A program made the position numbers and the translations under genes. A stretch of 64,000 nt of DNA from Eubacteriales bacterium (GTDB lineage Bacteria > Bacillota > Clostridia > Oscillospirales > CAG-272). Location of the stretch: contig JAZKYO010000030.1 in NCBI GenBank assembly GCA_045612185.1, positions 85,236 through 149,235 on the forward strand. Reading direction: 5' to 3'. A model generated the notes under the pieces. It did not search any database. It saw only the letters and a program-made list of their open reading frames with translations, and was not told where the DNA came from. Of the stretch, positions 40,823-50,345 are shown one piece after another (position 1 is the first letter of the stretch; every line of letters begins with the position of its first letter).

Positions 40823-41662
40823 ATGACTGAAACAGTGTTTTCACAACGCTACGGCTGCAATCTTGACCTATACTTCGGCGGAGAGCGAGAAAAGACCTTT
40901 AACCACGAATACGGACCTATAAAACGCACGCACTTTATTATAACGCTTGTGAGACGAGGCGAGGCTACTCTTTTTCTTGACGGAAAAAGCGTCTCGTTTG
41001 GTGAGGGCGACTTTATAATAATGTTTCCCGACGTGGAATATCATTACCGTGCGCACGGAACTTGGTCTATAAAATGGGTGGGGGTCGGAAGCGCCGACCT
41101 GGGGCTTTTTCTCGGCGGGCTTGGCATTACACCTTCAGCGCCCATAGTGAAATGCGAAAACAGAGAACGTGCCGAGGAGATTCTCAATAAAATATACGTT
41201 ACCGACACCAACCCCTCTCCCTCGCAGGTTATGCGAATGAAAAGTCTGCTTTGCGAGCTTATTTCCATAATTGCTGAAAGCAAAGAAAAGGAAGTGGAAC
41301 TGATACCCGACCGTTCCGCCACTGTTTTGGCGTACATAGCCACCCATTACACTGAGGATTTAAAGGTTGCCGACATCGCAAAGGAATATCACATAGACCG
41401 AAGCCATCTTGAACGCAGTTTTAAAAAAGATACGGGATTTTCGGTACGCGAGACGATAACCAATTTCAGAATAAAAAAAGCCCAGACGCTGCTTAGAGAA
41501 ACCTCCTTCTCCATATCCGAGATTGCCAAGGTGTCGGGCTTTCGTGACAGACTTTATTTTTCAAAGTTTTTTCACAAAAAGTTTGGAATGACCCCAAGCG
41601 AATATAGGCTTCAAAGCAGAACCGGAAATGACAGACTGCAAAAAAACACCGCCGATTCATAA
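40823..41662 (+). CDS. AraC family regulator divergent from the dehydratase operon
   Basis: HEYGP cupin; SGFRDRLYFSKFF HTH; start moved to MTETV (GAGGTG RBS). Confidence 0.92.
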   Translation: MTETVFSQRYGCNLDLYFGGEREKTFNHEYGPIKRTHFIITLVRRGEATLFLDGKSVSFGEGDFIIMFPDVEYHYRAHGTWSIKWVGVGSADLGLFLGGLGITPSAPIVKCENRERAEEILNKIYVTDTNPSPSQVMRMKSLLCELISIIAESKEKEVELIPDRSATVLAYIATHYTEDLKVADIAKEYHIDRSHLERSFKKDTGFSVRETITNFRIKKAQTLLRETSFSISEIAKVSGFRDRLYFSKFFHKKFGMTPSEYRLQSRTGNDRLQKNTADS

Positions 41663-41679
41663 AATCGGCGGTGTTTTTT
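41641..41679. terminator. Bidirectional terminator
   Basis: AAAAAACACCGCCGATT..AATCGGCGGTGTTTTTT. Confidence 0.85.
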
Positions 41680-43333
41680 ATTTTTTGCCAAGCAGCTCTC
41701 TGTACTGAGAGGGCAAGATGTGCTCGGATTCGGAAAAGATTTTTGAAAAATAGCTTGAACTGCCAAAGCCGCACTCGTAGGCTATATCCGAAACCTTTTT
41801 GTCGGTGTGCAAAAGCATATCCTTTGCTTTGGTAAGCTTAAGCTCATTTTTATAGTCGGTAACGGTTATTCCGGTTACTTTTTTGAAAAGGTGGCACATA
41901 TAGTATCTGCTTATTCCGACCTTGTCGGCAATATCGCTAAGAGAAACTTCATCTGCAAGGGTATCTTTTACAACCTTTTTTATCTTTTCAATTATAGGAG
42001 CTGTACCAATCTCGCGGCTTGAAACCGAACGCAATATCTCAATAATATCCGATATGATTTTTTTATCTCCGTCAAGCTTACCGATAAGCTCGTCAAGCTT
42101 ATTGCAATCAAGCTTGTGCATATTGACGCAGTTTATCCCGTACAGATCAAAAAGCGTAGCCGTTATTTCGTCAGCCGTTTTATCCGAAAAATGATTTACA
42201 AGCTCACGTACGGAAAGTCTTCCAAGCTCACCGTAAGGATTTTGCTCCTCGTAGGCGTATTTGCCAAGCTTTGACACAACGCACGCAAGTCGGCTTTCGG
42301 GATTTTCAAGCTTACCCGCCATAATATCCTGCTCCGTTATTTTAGCGTAAAGGATTTCGCGGGCATCACCATAAGCCTCGTTCAAGGTTCTTTTAAAGCA
42401 ACCCCTCTCGCGGTCGTAGGTAATATAAATAAATCCGTCCTCCGCTTCTTTTGCGTCGGGATAGGAAACGCTGTTTCTGCCGTCAAGAAGAAGCTTATAT
42501 TTCCAAGTCTTTCCTTCGTCCTCGGAAAGCATAGCGGTAAGGTTATTTCTACCCTTAAAATCATAGTGGTTTACAAGCAATATCCTTCCCGATTTAAGTC
42601 TGCTTATGAAAAAGCGCGAGCAGGGACCGCCAAATTTGCTGTTTTCGCCCGCAGTCCAGGTTCTTCCTCGGTCATACGAATAAGAAACTCCTATTCCATA
42701 GCTTGTTCTAACGTAGGTAGCGAGTCTTCCGTCATTAAGCTCAAGAAGCATATGCTCGTCAAAGGAACGCTTTGGCATATCTACTCCGCCAAGCTTTTCA
42801 AAGCTTTTTCCGTTATCCACGCTCTTATAGGCAAAGGCACGTCTATCTACCTCGTTCGACGGCTTTATTCTCGTAACGCCGCACATCTCCTCCGTCCACA
42901 CCGCGCACGGGAAAAGCCATTCGCCGGTAGTAAGGACGATAGGTTTGTTCATCATTACCTCACCGCCGATTTCAAACGGCTCGCCCCAGGAAAGCTCATC
43001 GGCATCGGGGTTATCGCACACTGCCGCCATAACCTTATAGTGCTCGGGAGATTCTGCCCAAGTAAACCAAAGTCTGCCAAGCGGGTCTATCCAAAGGCAG
43101 GGGTCATAGCATCGGTTATTTTCTTTTACAGCCACCGCAACGGGCTCTGAAAAATCGCGTCCGTTATCCGAAAAAGCAACTACCGCGAAATTTCCTACCT
43201 CTTCTTTTACGCCACCTGAGTAAAAGGTGATAAATATTCTCCCGTTTTTAGTAACCTCTATTGAGGGAATACCTTGCCAAATTCTATATGGCGTATAGTA
43301 TTTTATCAATTCGTTTTTATTCGTAACAAGCAT
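41678..43333 (-). CDS. BNR/sialidase-fold beta-propeller fused to a C-terminal AraC HTH domain
   Basis: Asp-boxes FSDNGRDF, SVDNGKSF, SYDRGRTW, SEDEGKTW; C-terminal SLSDIADKVGISRYYMCHLFKK..IAYECGFGSSSYFSKIF. Confidence 0.88.
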   Translation of the reverse strand: MLVTNKNELIKYYTPYRIWQGIPSIEVTKNGRIFITFYSGGVKEEVGNFAVVAFSDNGRDFSEPVAVAVKENNRCYDPCLWIDPLGRLWFTWAESPEHYKVMAAVCDNPDADELSWGEPFEIGGEVMMNKPIVLTTGEWLFPCAVWTEEMCGVTRIKPSNEVDRRAFAYKSVDNGKSFEKLGGVDMPKRSFDEHMLLELNDGRLATYVRTSYGIGVSYSYDRGRTWTAGENSKFGGPCSRFFISRLKSGRILLVNHYDFKGRNNLTAMLSEDEGKTWKYKLLLDGRNSVSYPDAKEAEDGFIYITYDRERGCFKRTLNEAYGDAREILYAKITEQDIMAGKLENPESRLACVVSKLGKYAYEEQNPYGELGRLSVRELVNHFSDKTADEITATLFDLYGINCVNMHKLDCNKLDELIGKLDGDKKIISDIIEILRSVSSREIGTAPIIEKIKKVVKDTLADEVSLSDIADKVGISRYYMCHLFKKVTGITVTDYKNELKLTKAKDMLLHTDKKVSDIAYECGFGSSSYFSKIFSESEHILPSQYRELLGKK

Positions 43334-43404
43334 ACCGTCACTCCTTTCAACTCAATAATAACACAAAGCGATTTATTTGTATACAACAAAATTGCTTTAA
43401 AAAA

Positions 43405-43438
43405 TGCTATGGAAATATTTTATCATACTTCCATAGCA
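43405..43438. terminator. Hairpin after the DMT gene
   Basis: TGCTATGGAA..TTCCATAGCA. Confidence 0.5.
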
Positions 43439-43447
43439 AAATCAATA

Positions 43448-44293
43448 TTATAGAATAATTATTACGGTTGAAGCAATAGCAAGAACAGTACAAATCACAT
43501 CTCTTGCGCTAATTCTGTCTCCGCGGAAAACACTTATAACGAAAGCAAAAAGCATTGTACCGCCCGTAACGACGGGATACTGCACCGATGCGGGTAATTG
43601 CAAAAGCGCTATGAGAAGCAACAGATTTCCAAGGCTGTTTACAGCCGAATAAACTCCGCAATACGCAAAAGCCTTACCGCTTGCCGAGAATATTTTTTTC
43701 CTTGTACAAATCAACGCTGCAAGCGCTATAATCGCGGTACAAATTTTTGTAAGCATCATAAAGCTTGCGCTGTCTACCGCAAATAACACGTTTGCTTGGT
43801 GAAATTTTGAGATTATTCCCACCAAGCCGTTAAGGACAAACACGGCAATATAGTATTTAAAGCCCCCCTTGTTCTCTCTGCGTCTGTCGGCGGTAAAAAC
43901 TATTGCCGCCACTATAACGAGACAGCCTACCACACGAAGCAGCTTAAACTCCTCTCCGCACACAAGTCCGTAAACGAACGGCAGAATCATTCCGCCTATC
44001 ATCGAAAACACCGAATACACCGAAAGATTTGCCGTTTCAAAGGCTTTTACCGAGCAATAGCTGAACACGACACATACAGCAGCATACACAAATGCTGTAA
44101 GAAGTGAAAAGATTGATATTTCAAAGCAAAATTTATTAATTACCAAAAGGAACACCAATCCCGACACTGAGGTATAAAGCGAAAACTTCAGTGCTGACGC
44201 TATACTGCTTCCGCACTCCCTTTTATATCCGTCATTGAAGAAAAACTGGAATGAAAACAGAAGCGCGGAAAAAATTACCACCAGATAATACAT
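43448..44293 (-). CDS. DMT/EamA family membrane transporter
   Basis: About ten hydrophobic segments in two repeats; LPASVQYP. Confidence 0.8.
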   Translation of the reverse strand: MYYLVVIFSALLFSFQFFFNDGYKRECGSSIASALKFSLYTSVSGLVFLLVINKFCFEISIFSLLTAFVYAAVCVVFSYCSVKAFETANLSVYSVFSMIGGMILPFVYGLVCGEEFKLLRVVGCLVIVAAIVFTADRRRENKGGFKYYIAVFVLNGLVGIISKFHQANVLFAVDSASFMMLTKICTAIIALAALICTRKKIFSASGKAFAYCGVYSAVNSLGNLLLLIALLQLPASVQYPVVTGGTMLFAFVISVFRGDRISARDVICTVLAIASTVIIIL

Positions 44294-45559
44294 TTATTTT
44301 CCCTGCTTTTTCTTTTCGCGGCGCTCTATCCAAAGCTCTCTCATTCTGTCGTAGACCGCACCGTCAATTTCGGGCGTTCCGCCCTTTTGAGTGGGAAGAA
44401 GCATATCGCCCGCCACCTTGGGGTCGGTGCAAGCGGTGTCGTTCCTCCACTTTTCGCGTTCTTCCTTATTTCTGAGATTTGGTATTTCCATAGGAATACT
44501 TCCCGCTAAAATCGAACGGTAGGCGAACATACCGGGCAAAAACATATCAAGAGCTTCGTAAACGTCGATGATATCAGCGCTTTCGTCACCCAGCACCTTT
44601 TGCGCAAAATTATACATCGTATAGAAGTCGGATTTGCCGTGACCGAAGGATTTCGCTTTTTCGTCAAACTCGCGTTCGGGGAGATATGTATCAAGGTTAC
44701 CGCTTTTATAATACTGCCCCGAGTACTCATCACCGTAGACGTAAATTCGGTCTACGGCGCCGTTGCCGGTATTCTCTCTGGCGGACTCCATTTTTCCCTT
44801 TGATCCGTACATAGAATACCACACCGAATTTTTATAAAGTCCTCCGTGAATGCTCTTTACGATACCGCCGTTTTCAAGTGTAACAAGCTCAAAGCCGAAT
44901 TCCGCCCCCTTTGAGCCTACACGCATCCGTCTCTCGTTAAGCGTTGGCTCAACACCGATTACCGAAACGGGGCGCAAGCCTGTTATATGGATTATCGGTC
45001 CCAGCGAGTGTGTACAGTAAAACGTGGAGTACATATTGTTTCTCCAATGGTCTTCTTCTCCGTAGGTAATATCAGGCCATATGGTTTCACAGTTATGTAT
45101 ATACTCACCCTCGGCGTATTCAATCTCACCTATCTTGCCCTCTCGGTAGAGACGGTACATCTCGTAAGGAGCGGACATATAGCAATAGTTTTCACCGTAC
45201 GCGTATATCTTTCCCGTCGCCTCAACCGTTTCAACAAGCTCAACTGCCTCTTTCATCGTCTGAACGGGAAGCACCTCGGAAAAGACGTGCTTGCCTGCCT
45301 TCATTGCCGCTATTGCAAATGGCGCATGCTCGGTTGCGTAGTTGGCAAGCACAACCGCGTCCATATCGTGTTTTATAAAATCCTCAAAATTGTTATAGTA
45401 GGCAATATCAAGTCCTTCATTTTCCTTTTTGGCTTCCTCAAGACCTTCTTCCCATTTGTCGCATATTGCCACAAGCTCGGCGTTATCGGCCAGCTTACAG
45501 TATTTTATCATGCTGTTGCCTCTGTAAACACCCATTACGCCTATTCTTACTTTTTTCAT
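44294..45559 (-). CDS. Gfo/Idh/MocA family oxidoreductase
   Basis: IGVMGVYRG, HVFSEV, YGENYCY, EGEYIH, YCTHSLGP. Confidence 0.9.
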   Translation of the reverse strand: MKKVRIGVMGVYRGNSMIKYCKLADNAELVAICDKWEEGLEEAKKENEGLDIAYYNNFEDFIKHDMDAVVLANYATEHAPFAIAAMKAGKHVFSEVLPVQTMKEAVELVETVEATGKIYAYGENYCYMSAPYEMYRLYREGKIGEIEYAEGEYIHNCETIWPDITYGEEDHWRNNMYSTFYCTHSLGPIIHITGLRPVSVIGVEPTLNERRMRVGSKGAEFGFELVTLENGGIVKSIHGGLYKNSVWYSMYGSKGKMESARENTGNGAVDRIYVYGDEYSGQYYKSGNLDTYLPEREFDEKAKSFGHGKSDFYTMYNFAQKVLGDESADIIDVYEALDMFLPGMFAYRSILAGSIPMEIPNLRNKEEREKWRNDTACTDPKVAGDMLLPTQKGGTPEIDGAVYDRMRELWIERREKKKQGK

Positions 45560-45654
45560 TATAAATCACCTTCCTTTCAAATTAATTTTAACATATTTAC
45601 GCACAAAGTAAATGGAGAAATTCCATTAAAACATGAAAAATAGTCACATTTGGC

Positions 45655-45683
45655 TTGACACGAGCTTTTTTTAGATATATAAT
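45655..45683 (+). promoter_or_regulatory. Consensus SigA promoter
   Basis: TTGACA-17 bp-TATAAT. Confidence 0.8.
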
Positions 45684-45692
45684 GAGTGTGAG

Positions 45693-46511
45693 GTGATTGA
45701 TTTGGAAAGTCAGAATATTTGCCGTTTTATTCCCGACGGCTCAGAAAACGAGAAGCTGCACATAATAAATTTTGTTCTTGAAACCAAGGTACAGAAATTT
45801 AGCAGTTTAAAAAACCCTTCCGTACAGCAAATGTACTACGTAAAAAACGGTGAGGGGATTTTGCACACAAGCGGCGGCAAGCAAGTGTTAAAAAAGGGAG
45901 ACGTATTTTTCACCTTTCCCGCCTCTCCGTTTGCGATAGAATCGGTAAAAAGCTTTGAATATATGTACGCAAGCTATTTGGGCACTCGAGCTAATAAGAT
46001 ATATGAAAGTTTGGGGATAAACCGACACAACTGTATATTCAGCGGATATTTTGAGCTTGAGCGAGTTTGGTCAGACGCAATAAAAGCACGCAAAGAAGCG
46101 TCCGCATTGCGGGTTGAAAGCATGGTGCTGTACACTCTTTCGCTTATTGCAGAAAACATTTTACCTAACGCGCCTAAAAACAGTTCGGGCGACGCGGTAT
46201 TATTGATAAAAAAGTACGTAGACGACAATCTTTCAGACAGCGAGCTTTCGCTTGATAGAATTAGCTCCGAGCTTTCATATAACGCCAAATACCTTTCTTC
46301 GCTTTTCAAGAAGAAAATGGGAATAGGTGTTTCAGAATATATAACAACCGTAAGGATTCAGCACGCATGCACGCTTATGGAGCAAGGTATTACCGGAATC
46401 AAGGATATTGCAACAATGTGCGGATTTAAAGACGCTCTTTACTTTTCAAAGGTTTTTAAAAAGAAAATGGCAACTTCCCCCAAAGAGCATATCGCAAATT
46501 TTGGAAAATAG
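45693..46511 (+). CDS. AraC family transcriptional regulator
   Basis: CGFKDALYFSKVFKK; true start may be TTG at 45702. Confidence 0.92.
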   Translation: MIDLESQNICRFIPDGSENEKLHIINFVLETKVQKFSSLKNPSVQQMYYVKNGEGILHTSGGKQVLKKGDVFFTFPASPFAIESVKSFEYMYASYLGTRANKIYESLGINRHNCIFSGYFELERVWSDAIKARKEASALRVESMVLYTLSLIAENILPNAPKNSSGDAVLLIKKYVDDNLSDSELSLDRISSELSYNAKYLSSLFKKKMGIGVSEYITTVRIQHACTLMEQGITGIKDIATMCGFKDALYFSKVFKKKMATSPKEHIANFGK

Positions 46512-46538
46512 AAAAAGGCGATGTTAAATCGCCTTTTT
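46512..46538. terminator. Bidirectional terminator
   Basis: AAAAAGGCGAT..ATCGCCTTTTT. Confidence 0.8.
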
Positions 46539-46542
46539 CTTA

Positions 46543-47940
46543 TCAATAGCAAACCTTGCCGGGGTTGAGAATGTTTTTTGGGTCAAAGACCGCTTTGATT
46601 CCCTGCATGAGCGCAATAGGAGTTTCGCCGTACTGCTTTTTGAGGAATTCCTTTTTAGCGTAGCCTATTCCGTGTTCGCCCGAAACAAGACCGCCAAGCT
46701 CCTCGGCTTTATTATACATATCGTCAAAGCAAGCGGCAAGGATCTCCTCCCACTTATTCTGCGAAAGCTCATCACGGCAGATGTAAACGTGGAGATTTCC
46801 GTCGCCCGCATGTCCAAAGCTGGGGATTCTCACACCGTATTTTTCCGCAAGGGCGTGGGTATACTTTATAAACTCATCTACCTTATTAACTGGCACTACA
46901 ACGTCACACTCGTCCATTTCGGTGGTAGACGCCTTGATAGCCTCAAGGAATGCTCCGCGAGCGGACCACACCGATTTTTTGCGTTCCTCTGTGTCCACAA
47001 TATACGCGTCAAGCGCGCCTATTTCAAGGCAAAGGTCGGCAACGATACTCATATCCTGCTCTACCTGCGCTTCTGTATTTCCGTCAAAGGTAAGGAGAAT
47101 ATAGGCGTCGTTTTTGGTATCGGGGAACTTTTTGCCCAAGTAATCCTCGGAAAAGAGTATGGTATCTCTTGACATATACTCTATGGCTGTAGGAGTCACC
47201 TTTGTACAAATAATCCTGGGCACAGCCTCGATAGCCGTTTTCATATCCTTAAAGGGGACGAGAAGGCTGACAGACACCTTGGGAAGCGGAACAAGCTTAA
47301 GCACCGCCTCGCAGATAACGCAAAGCGTTCCCTCGGATCCTATCACAAGGTCTTTAAGGCTATATCCCGAGCTGTTTTTAGCAACTGTCGCGCCGAGCGT
47401 TAGTATTTCACCATTTGGCATTACCACTGTGAGTGAGCGCACATAATCACGCGTTACGCCGTATTTTACGGCTCTCATTCCGCCCGCGTTGGTAGAAATA
47501 TTTCCGCCTATGGTAGCCGATTTTTCGCCCGGGTCGGGGGGATAGAGAAAGTCGTTTTCTTCAGCGAAAGCGGCAAGCTCCATAAGAAGCACGCCGGGCT
47601 GCACGGTTACGGTAAGGGTATCCTTGTTGAGCGATAGTATCTTATTCATTTTGGTAGTTTCAAGCAAAATTCCCCCCTCTATCGGTACTGCCGCGCCCAC
47701 AAGCCCCGTTCCGCTTCCTCTGACGGTTACGGGAATATTACGCTCGTATGCGTGCTTCATAACAGCAGAAACCTGCTCTGTGGAGCGCACTCTGACAAGC
47801 ACCTCGGGCAATTTTTCAATGCCTCCAAGCTCGTCGTGGGCGTAGTCGGGGTTTATTGCGTCACCAAAAAGCACTTCGCTCTCGCCAACTATATTCTGAA
47901 GAACCGCAAGGTCTTCTTTTGTAATTTTATTATACATCAC
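46543..47940 (-). CDS. lctD: FAD-linked 2-hydroxyacid dehydrogenase (LctD/GlcD-like)
   Basis: [41 protein letters not shown]. Confidence 0.8.
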   Translation of the reverse strand: MMYNKITKEDLAVLQNIVGESEVLFGDAINPDYAHDELGGIEKLPEVLVRVRSTEQVSAVMKHAYERNIPVTVRGSGTGLVGAAVPIEGGILLETTKMNKILSLNKDTLTVTVQPGVLLMELAAFAEENDFLYPPDPGEKSATIGGNISTNAGGMRAVKYGVTRDYVRSLTVVMPNGEILTLGATVAKNSSGYSLKDLVIGSEGTLCVICEAVLKLVPLPKVSVSLLVPFKDMKTAIEAVPRIICTKVTPTAIEYMSRDTILFSEDYLGKKFPDTKNDAYILLTFDGNTEAQVEQDMSIVADLCLEIGALDAYIVDTEERKKSVWSARGAFLEAIKASTTEMDECDVVVPVNKVDEFIKYTHALAEKYGVRIPSFGHAGDGNLHVYICRDELSQNKWEEILAACFDDMYNKAEELGGLVSGEHGIGYAKKEFLKKQYGETPIALMQGIKAVFDPKNILNPGKVCY

Positions 47941-49123
47941 GATTCTCCTTTATCTTTTTAATAAGCATTGGAAGTATCTCATTTACATCGCCCACAACGC
48001 AATAGTGAGCCACGTCAAATATGGGAGCCGACTCGTCTGTATTCACCGCAACGATACAGTCGGAGGATTTCATTCCCGCCGCAAACTGCACGGCACCCGA
48101 GATACCAAGACAAATTATAAGCTTGGGCTTTACAGTTCTTCCCGAAAGACCTATCTGACGTTTAGCGTCAAAAATATTTCCCTCAACCATAGGTCTTGTA
48201 CAAGCAACCACGCCACCAAGCATGTCGGCAAGCTCTTTTGCCTGCGCGCGAAGCCCCTCGCTTGAAGCGCCTCTGCCAACGGCAACAATAACGTCTGCCT
48301 CGGCAATATCTATGTCCTTGGGCTTATCGGTTGAAGAAAGCACATCTATTGCAGATTCAAGCATTTTGGCAGTAACTACCATATTTACTACTTCGCCCGT
48401 GGGGTTATCGGTAGGCTTGGGCTCTGTAAACACCTTATAACGGGCTGTACAGAACTGAGGTCTTGTGTTGGGCGTAATTATCTGCGCCATAATATTTCCG
48501 CCGAAAGCGGGGCGTATCTGCACCAGATCGGTATTCTCTTTCATTTCAAGCACGGTACAGTCAGCAGTAAGTCCCGTGCGACAACGGGCGGCAACTCTTG
48601 GAGCAAGCTGACGACCAAGGTTTGTTGCGCCCACAAGTATAGAGGACGGCTTTTGTTTATCAATAAAGTCACAAAACGCCGCGGTATAGGGCTCAATTCT
48701 GAACTCCGCAAATTCGGGAGCATCGTAAACAAACACCTTATCTACTCCGTAGCGCAAAAGAGTTTTTGCGTTCTCGCTGACATTATATCCTATAAGAATA
48801 GCGTAAACAGGGTGACCCGTAACAGCCGCCAATTCCCTTGCCTTTCCGCAAAGCTCAAAGGTTACGCGGTGAATCTTACCTCCCGTACAGTCGGCGTATA
48901 CGCAAACTCCGTTCCACTCGGATTTATCTATTTCTTCCGTAGTTTCTTCGACGAAATCCACAAGTCCACCGCCCTTGCGGACGCACATTTTACACATCTT
49001 ACACGCCGAGGTTATATCAAGCTTTTCCCCCTCGTAGGTAATGGCTCCAAAAGGACAGACCTTTACTAGCGCTTCGGCTTTTTCTGGTGTGACGAGATTA
49101 TGATTTATAACAAGCTTTCCCAC
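47930..49123 (-). CDS. etfA: Electron transfer flavoprotein alpha subunit with N-terminal Fe-S domain (LctC-like)
   Basis: [16 protein letters not shown]-terminus; TGLTADC, RPAFGGN, QIGLSG, GISGAVQ. Confidence 0.9.
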   Translation of the reverse strand: MGKLVINHNLVTPEKAEALVKVCPFGAITYEGEKLDITSACKMCKMCVRKGGGLVDFVEETTEEIDKSEWNGVCVYADCTGGKIHRVTFELCGKARELAAVTGHPVYAILIGYNVSENAKTLLRYGVDKVFVYDAPEFAEFRIEPYTAAFCDFIDKQKPSSILVGATNLGRQLAPRVAARCRTGLTADCTVLEMKENTDLVQIRPAFGGNIMAQIITPNTRPQFCTARYKVFTEPKPTDNPTGEVVNMVVTAKMLESAIDVLSSTDKPKDIDIAEADVIVAVGRGASSEGLRAQAKELADMLGGVVACTRPMVEGNIFDAKRQIGLSGRTVKPKLIICLGISGAVQFAAGMKSSDCIVAVNTDESAPIFDVAHYCVVGDVNEILPMLIKKIKENRDV

Positions 49124-49136
49124 TTTTCTGTCCTCC

Positions 49137-49925
49137 TTAAATTATTTTCTTTGCGCGAAGCAGGTCAAAAAGCGCTTCGGACTGCTCTTTGGAGTTACCC
49201 GTTACGCTAACCTTCTGCTCGTTCTTTTCGGGCGGAAAGATTCGCTCAACCTGTGTCGCGGAGCCTGTAAGCCCATAGTGGTCGGCGTTTTGGTCGTCAA
49301 AATCTGCAAATGTAAGAAATTTGACCGCGTCCTCTTTAAGCCCTTTCTTGATTTTATAAGAGGGCAGACGGGGGGTATTTATGTCACCGTCAACCGAGAT
49401 AAGGCATGGCATACAAACGCTCATTTTTACCACCTTGTCGTCAAGGCTTGCGGTAACGTAAAGCTTTCCGCCCTTGATATCATCGACCGAAAGGACGTTG
49501 GAAAGGTTGGGAATTCCGAGATACTCCGCAACCTCCGCGCCTACCTGCGCGGTATCTCCGTCGGTGGTCTGCTTTCCACAAATAATAAGGTCGAATTCAC
49601 CGCACTTTTTTATTCCCTGAGAAAGAGTATATGCGGTAGCAAGCACGTCCGCACCCGCAAATTTTCTATCTGTAAGCACCGTTCCGCGCTCTGCACCCAT
49701 GCAAACGGTTTCCTCTATAACCGCTTTTGCCTGCGGCGGCCCCATTGTGATACTCTCAACGCTTCCGCCGTATTTTTCGGCAAGGGTGAGGGCAGTTTCA
49801 ATTCCGTAAAGGTCATAAGGATTTATTTTGCTCTGTATTCCGTTACGCTTCAGCACGCCCGTAACCGGATCTACTTCCACGTTATTTGAACCGGGAACCT
49901 GCTTTACACAAACTAAGATGTTCAT
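49137..49925 (-). CDS. etfB: Electron transfer flavoprotein beta subunit (LctB-like)
   Basis: CVKQVP, NPYD, GADVLAT, GKQTTDGDTAQVG. Confidence 0.93.
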   Translation of the reverse strand: MNILVCVKQVPGSNNVEVDPVTGVLKRNGIQSKINPYDLYGIETALTLAEKYGGSVESITMGPPQAKAVIEETVCMGAERGTVLTDRKFAGADVLATAYTLSQGIKKCGEFDLIICGKQTTDGDTAQVGAEVAEYLGIPNLSNVLSVDDIKGGKLYVTASLDDKVVKMSVCMPCLISVDGDINTPRLPSYKIKKGLKEDAVKFLTFADFDDQNADHYGLTGSATQVERIFPPEKNEQKVSVTGNSKEQSEALFDLLRAKKII

Positions 49926-50084
49926 TTATTGCCTCCATTAAATATTTATACATGGTTACTACATATTAATTATATCACTTAAATCCGCTTTTGACAAGAT
50001 ACACAACGAATTTTTGGCACAATACACAATTTCGTTAAATAATAGACAAATAGCAAAAAAATAAAATAAATTTCAAAAAAACTA

Positions 50085-50113
50085 TTGACAAATCAAAGCA
50101 AAAGTGGTATACT
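50085..50113 (+). promoter_or_regulatory. SigA promoter of tRNA-Arg
   Basis: TTGACA-17 bp-TATACT with extended TG. Confidence 0.8.
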
Positions 50114-50137
50114 ATGCAAGTACGAAATAAATCGTAT

Positions 50138-50214
50138 GCGGCGTTAGCTCAGCTGGATAGAGTGTTTGGCTACGAACCAAAAGGTCGGGGGTTCGAATCC
50201 CTTACGCCGTGCCA
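50138..50214 (+). tRNA. tRNA-Arg (ACG)
   Basis: Acceptor GCGGCGT/ACGCCGT, anticodon arm TTTGG-CTACGAA-CCAAA, GTTCGAATC T-loop, encoded CCA. Confidence 0.97.
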
Positions 50215-50242
50215 AAAAACCAAGCCAATCGGCTTGGTTTTT
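50215..50242 (+). terminator. tRNA terminator
   Basis: AAAAACCAAGCC-AATC-GGCTTGGTTTTT. Confidence 0.85.
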
Positions 50243-50310
50243 TGTTTTGACCTGATTTTGCTAAAAGGGCGAGTTTTTGAGTACTGCTTTAATTCCGCAA
50301 CAACGTATAA

Positions 50311-50338
50311 AAAAGGAGCTGTCCGAGGACAGCTCCTT
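50311..50338 (-). terminator. Terminator of the SDR/epimerase/Gfo operon
   Basis: AAAAGGAGCTGTC-CGAG-GACAGCTCCTT. Confidence 0.8.
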
Positions 50339-50345
50339 AAATTTT

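Noticed and set aside
50138..50345. tRNA-Arg as an integration site for an island
   Set aside because: No integrase and no duplicated tRNA 3' end seen in the window
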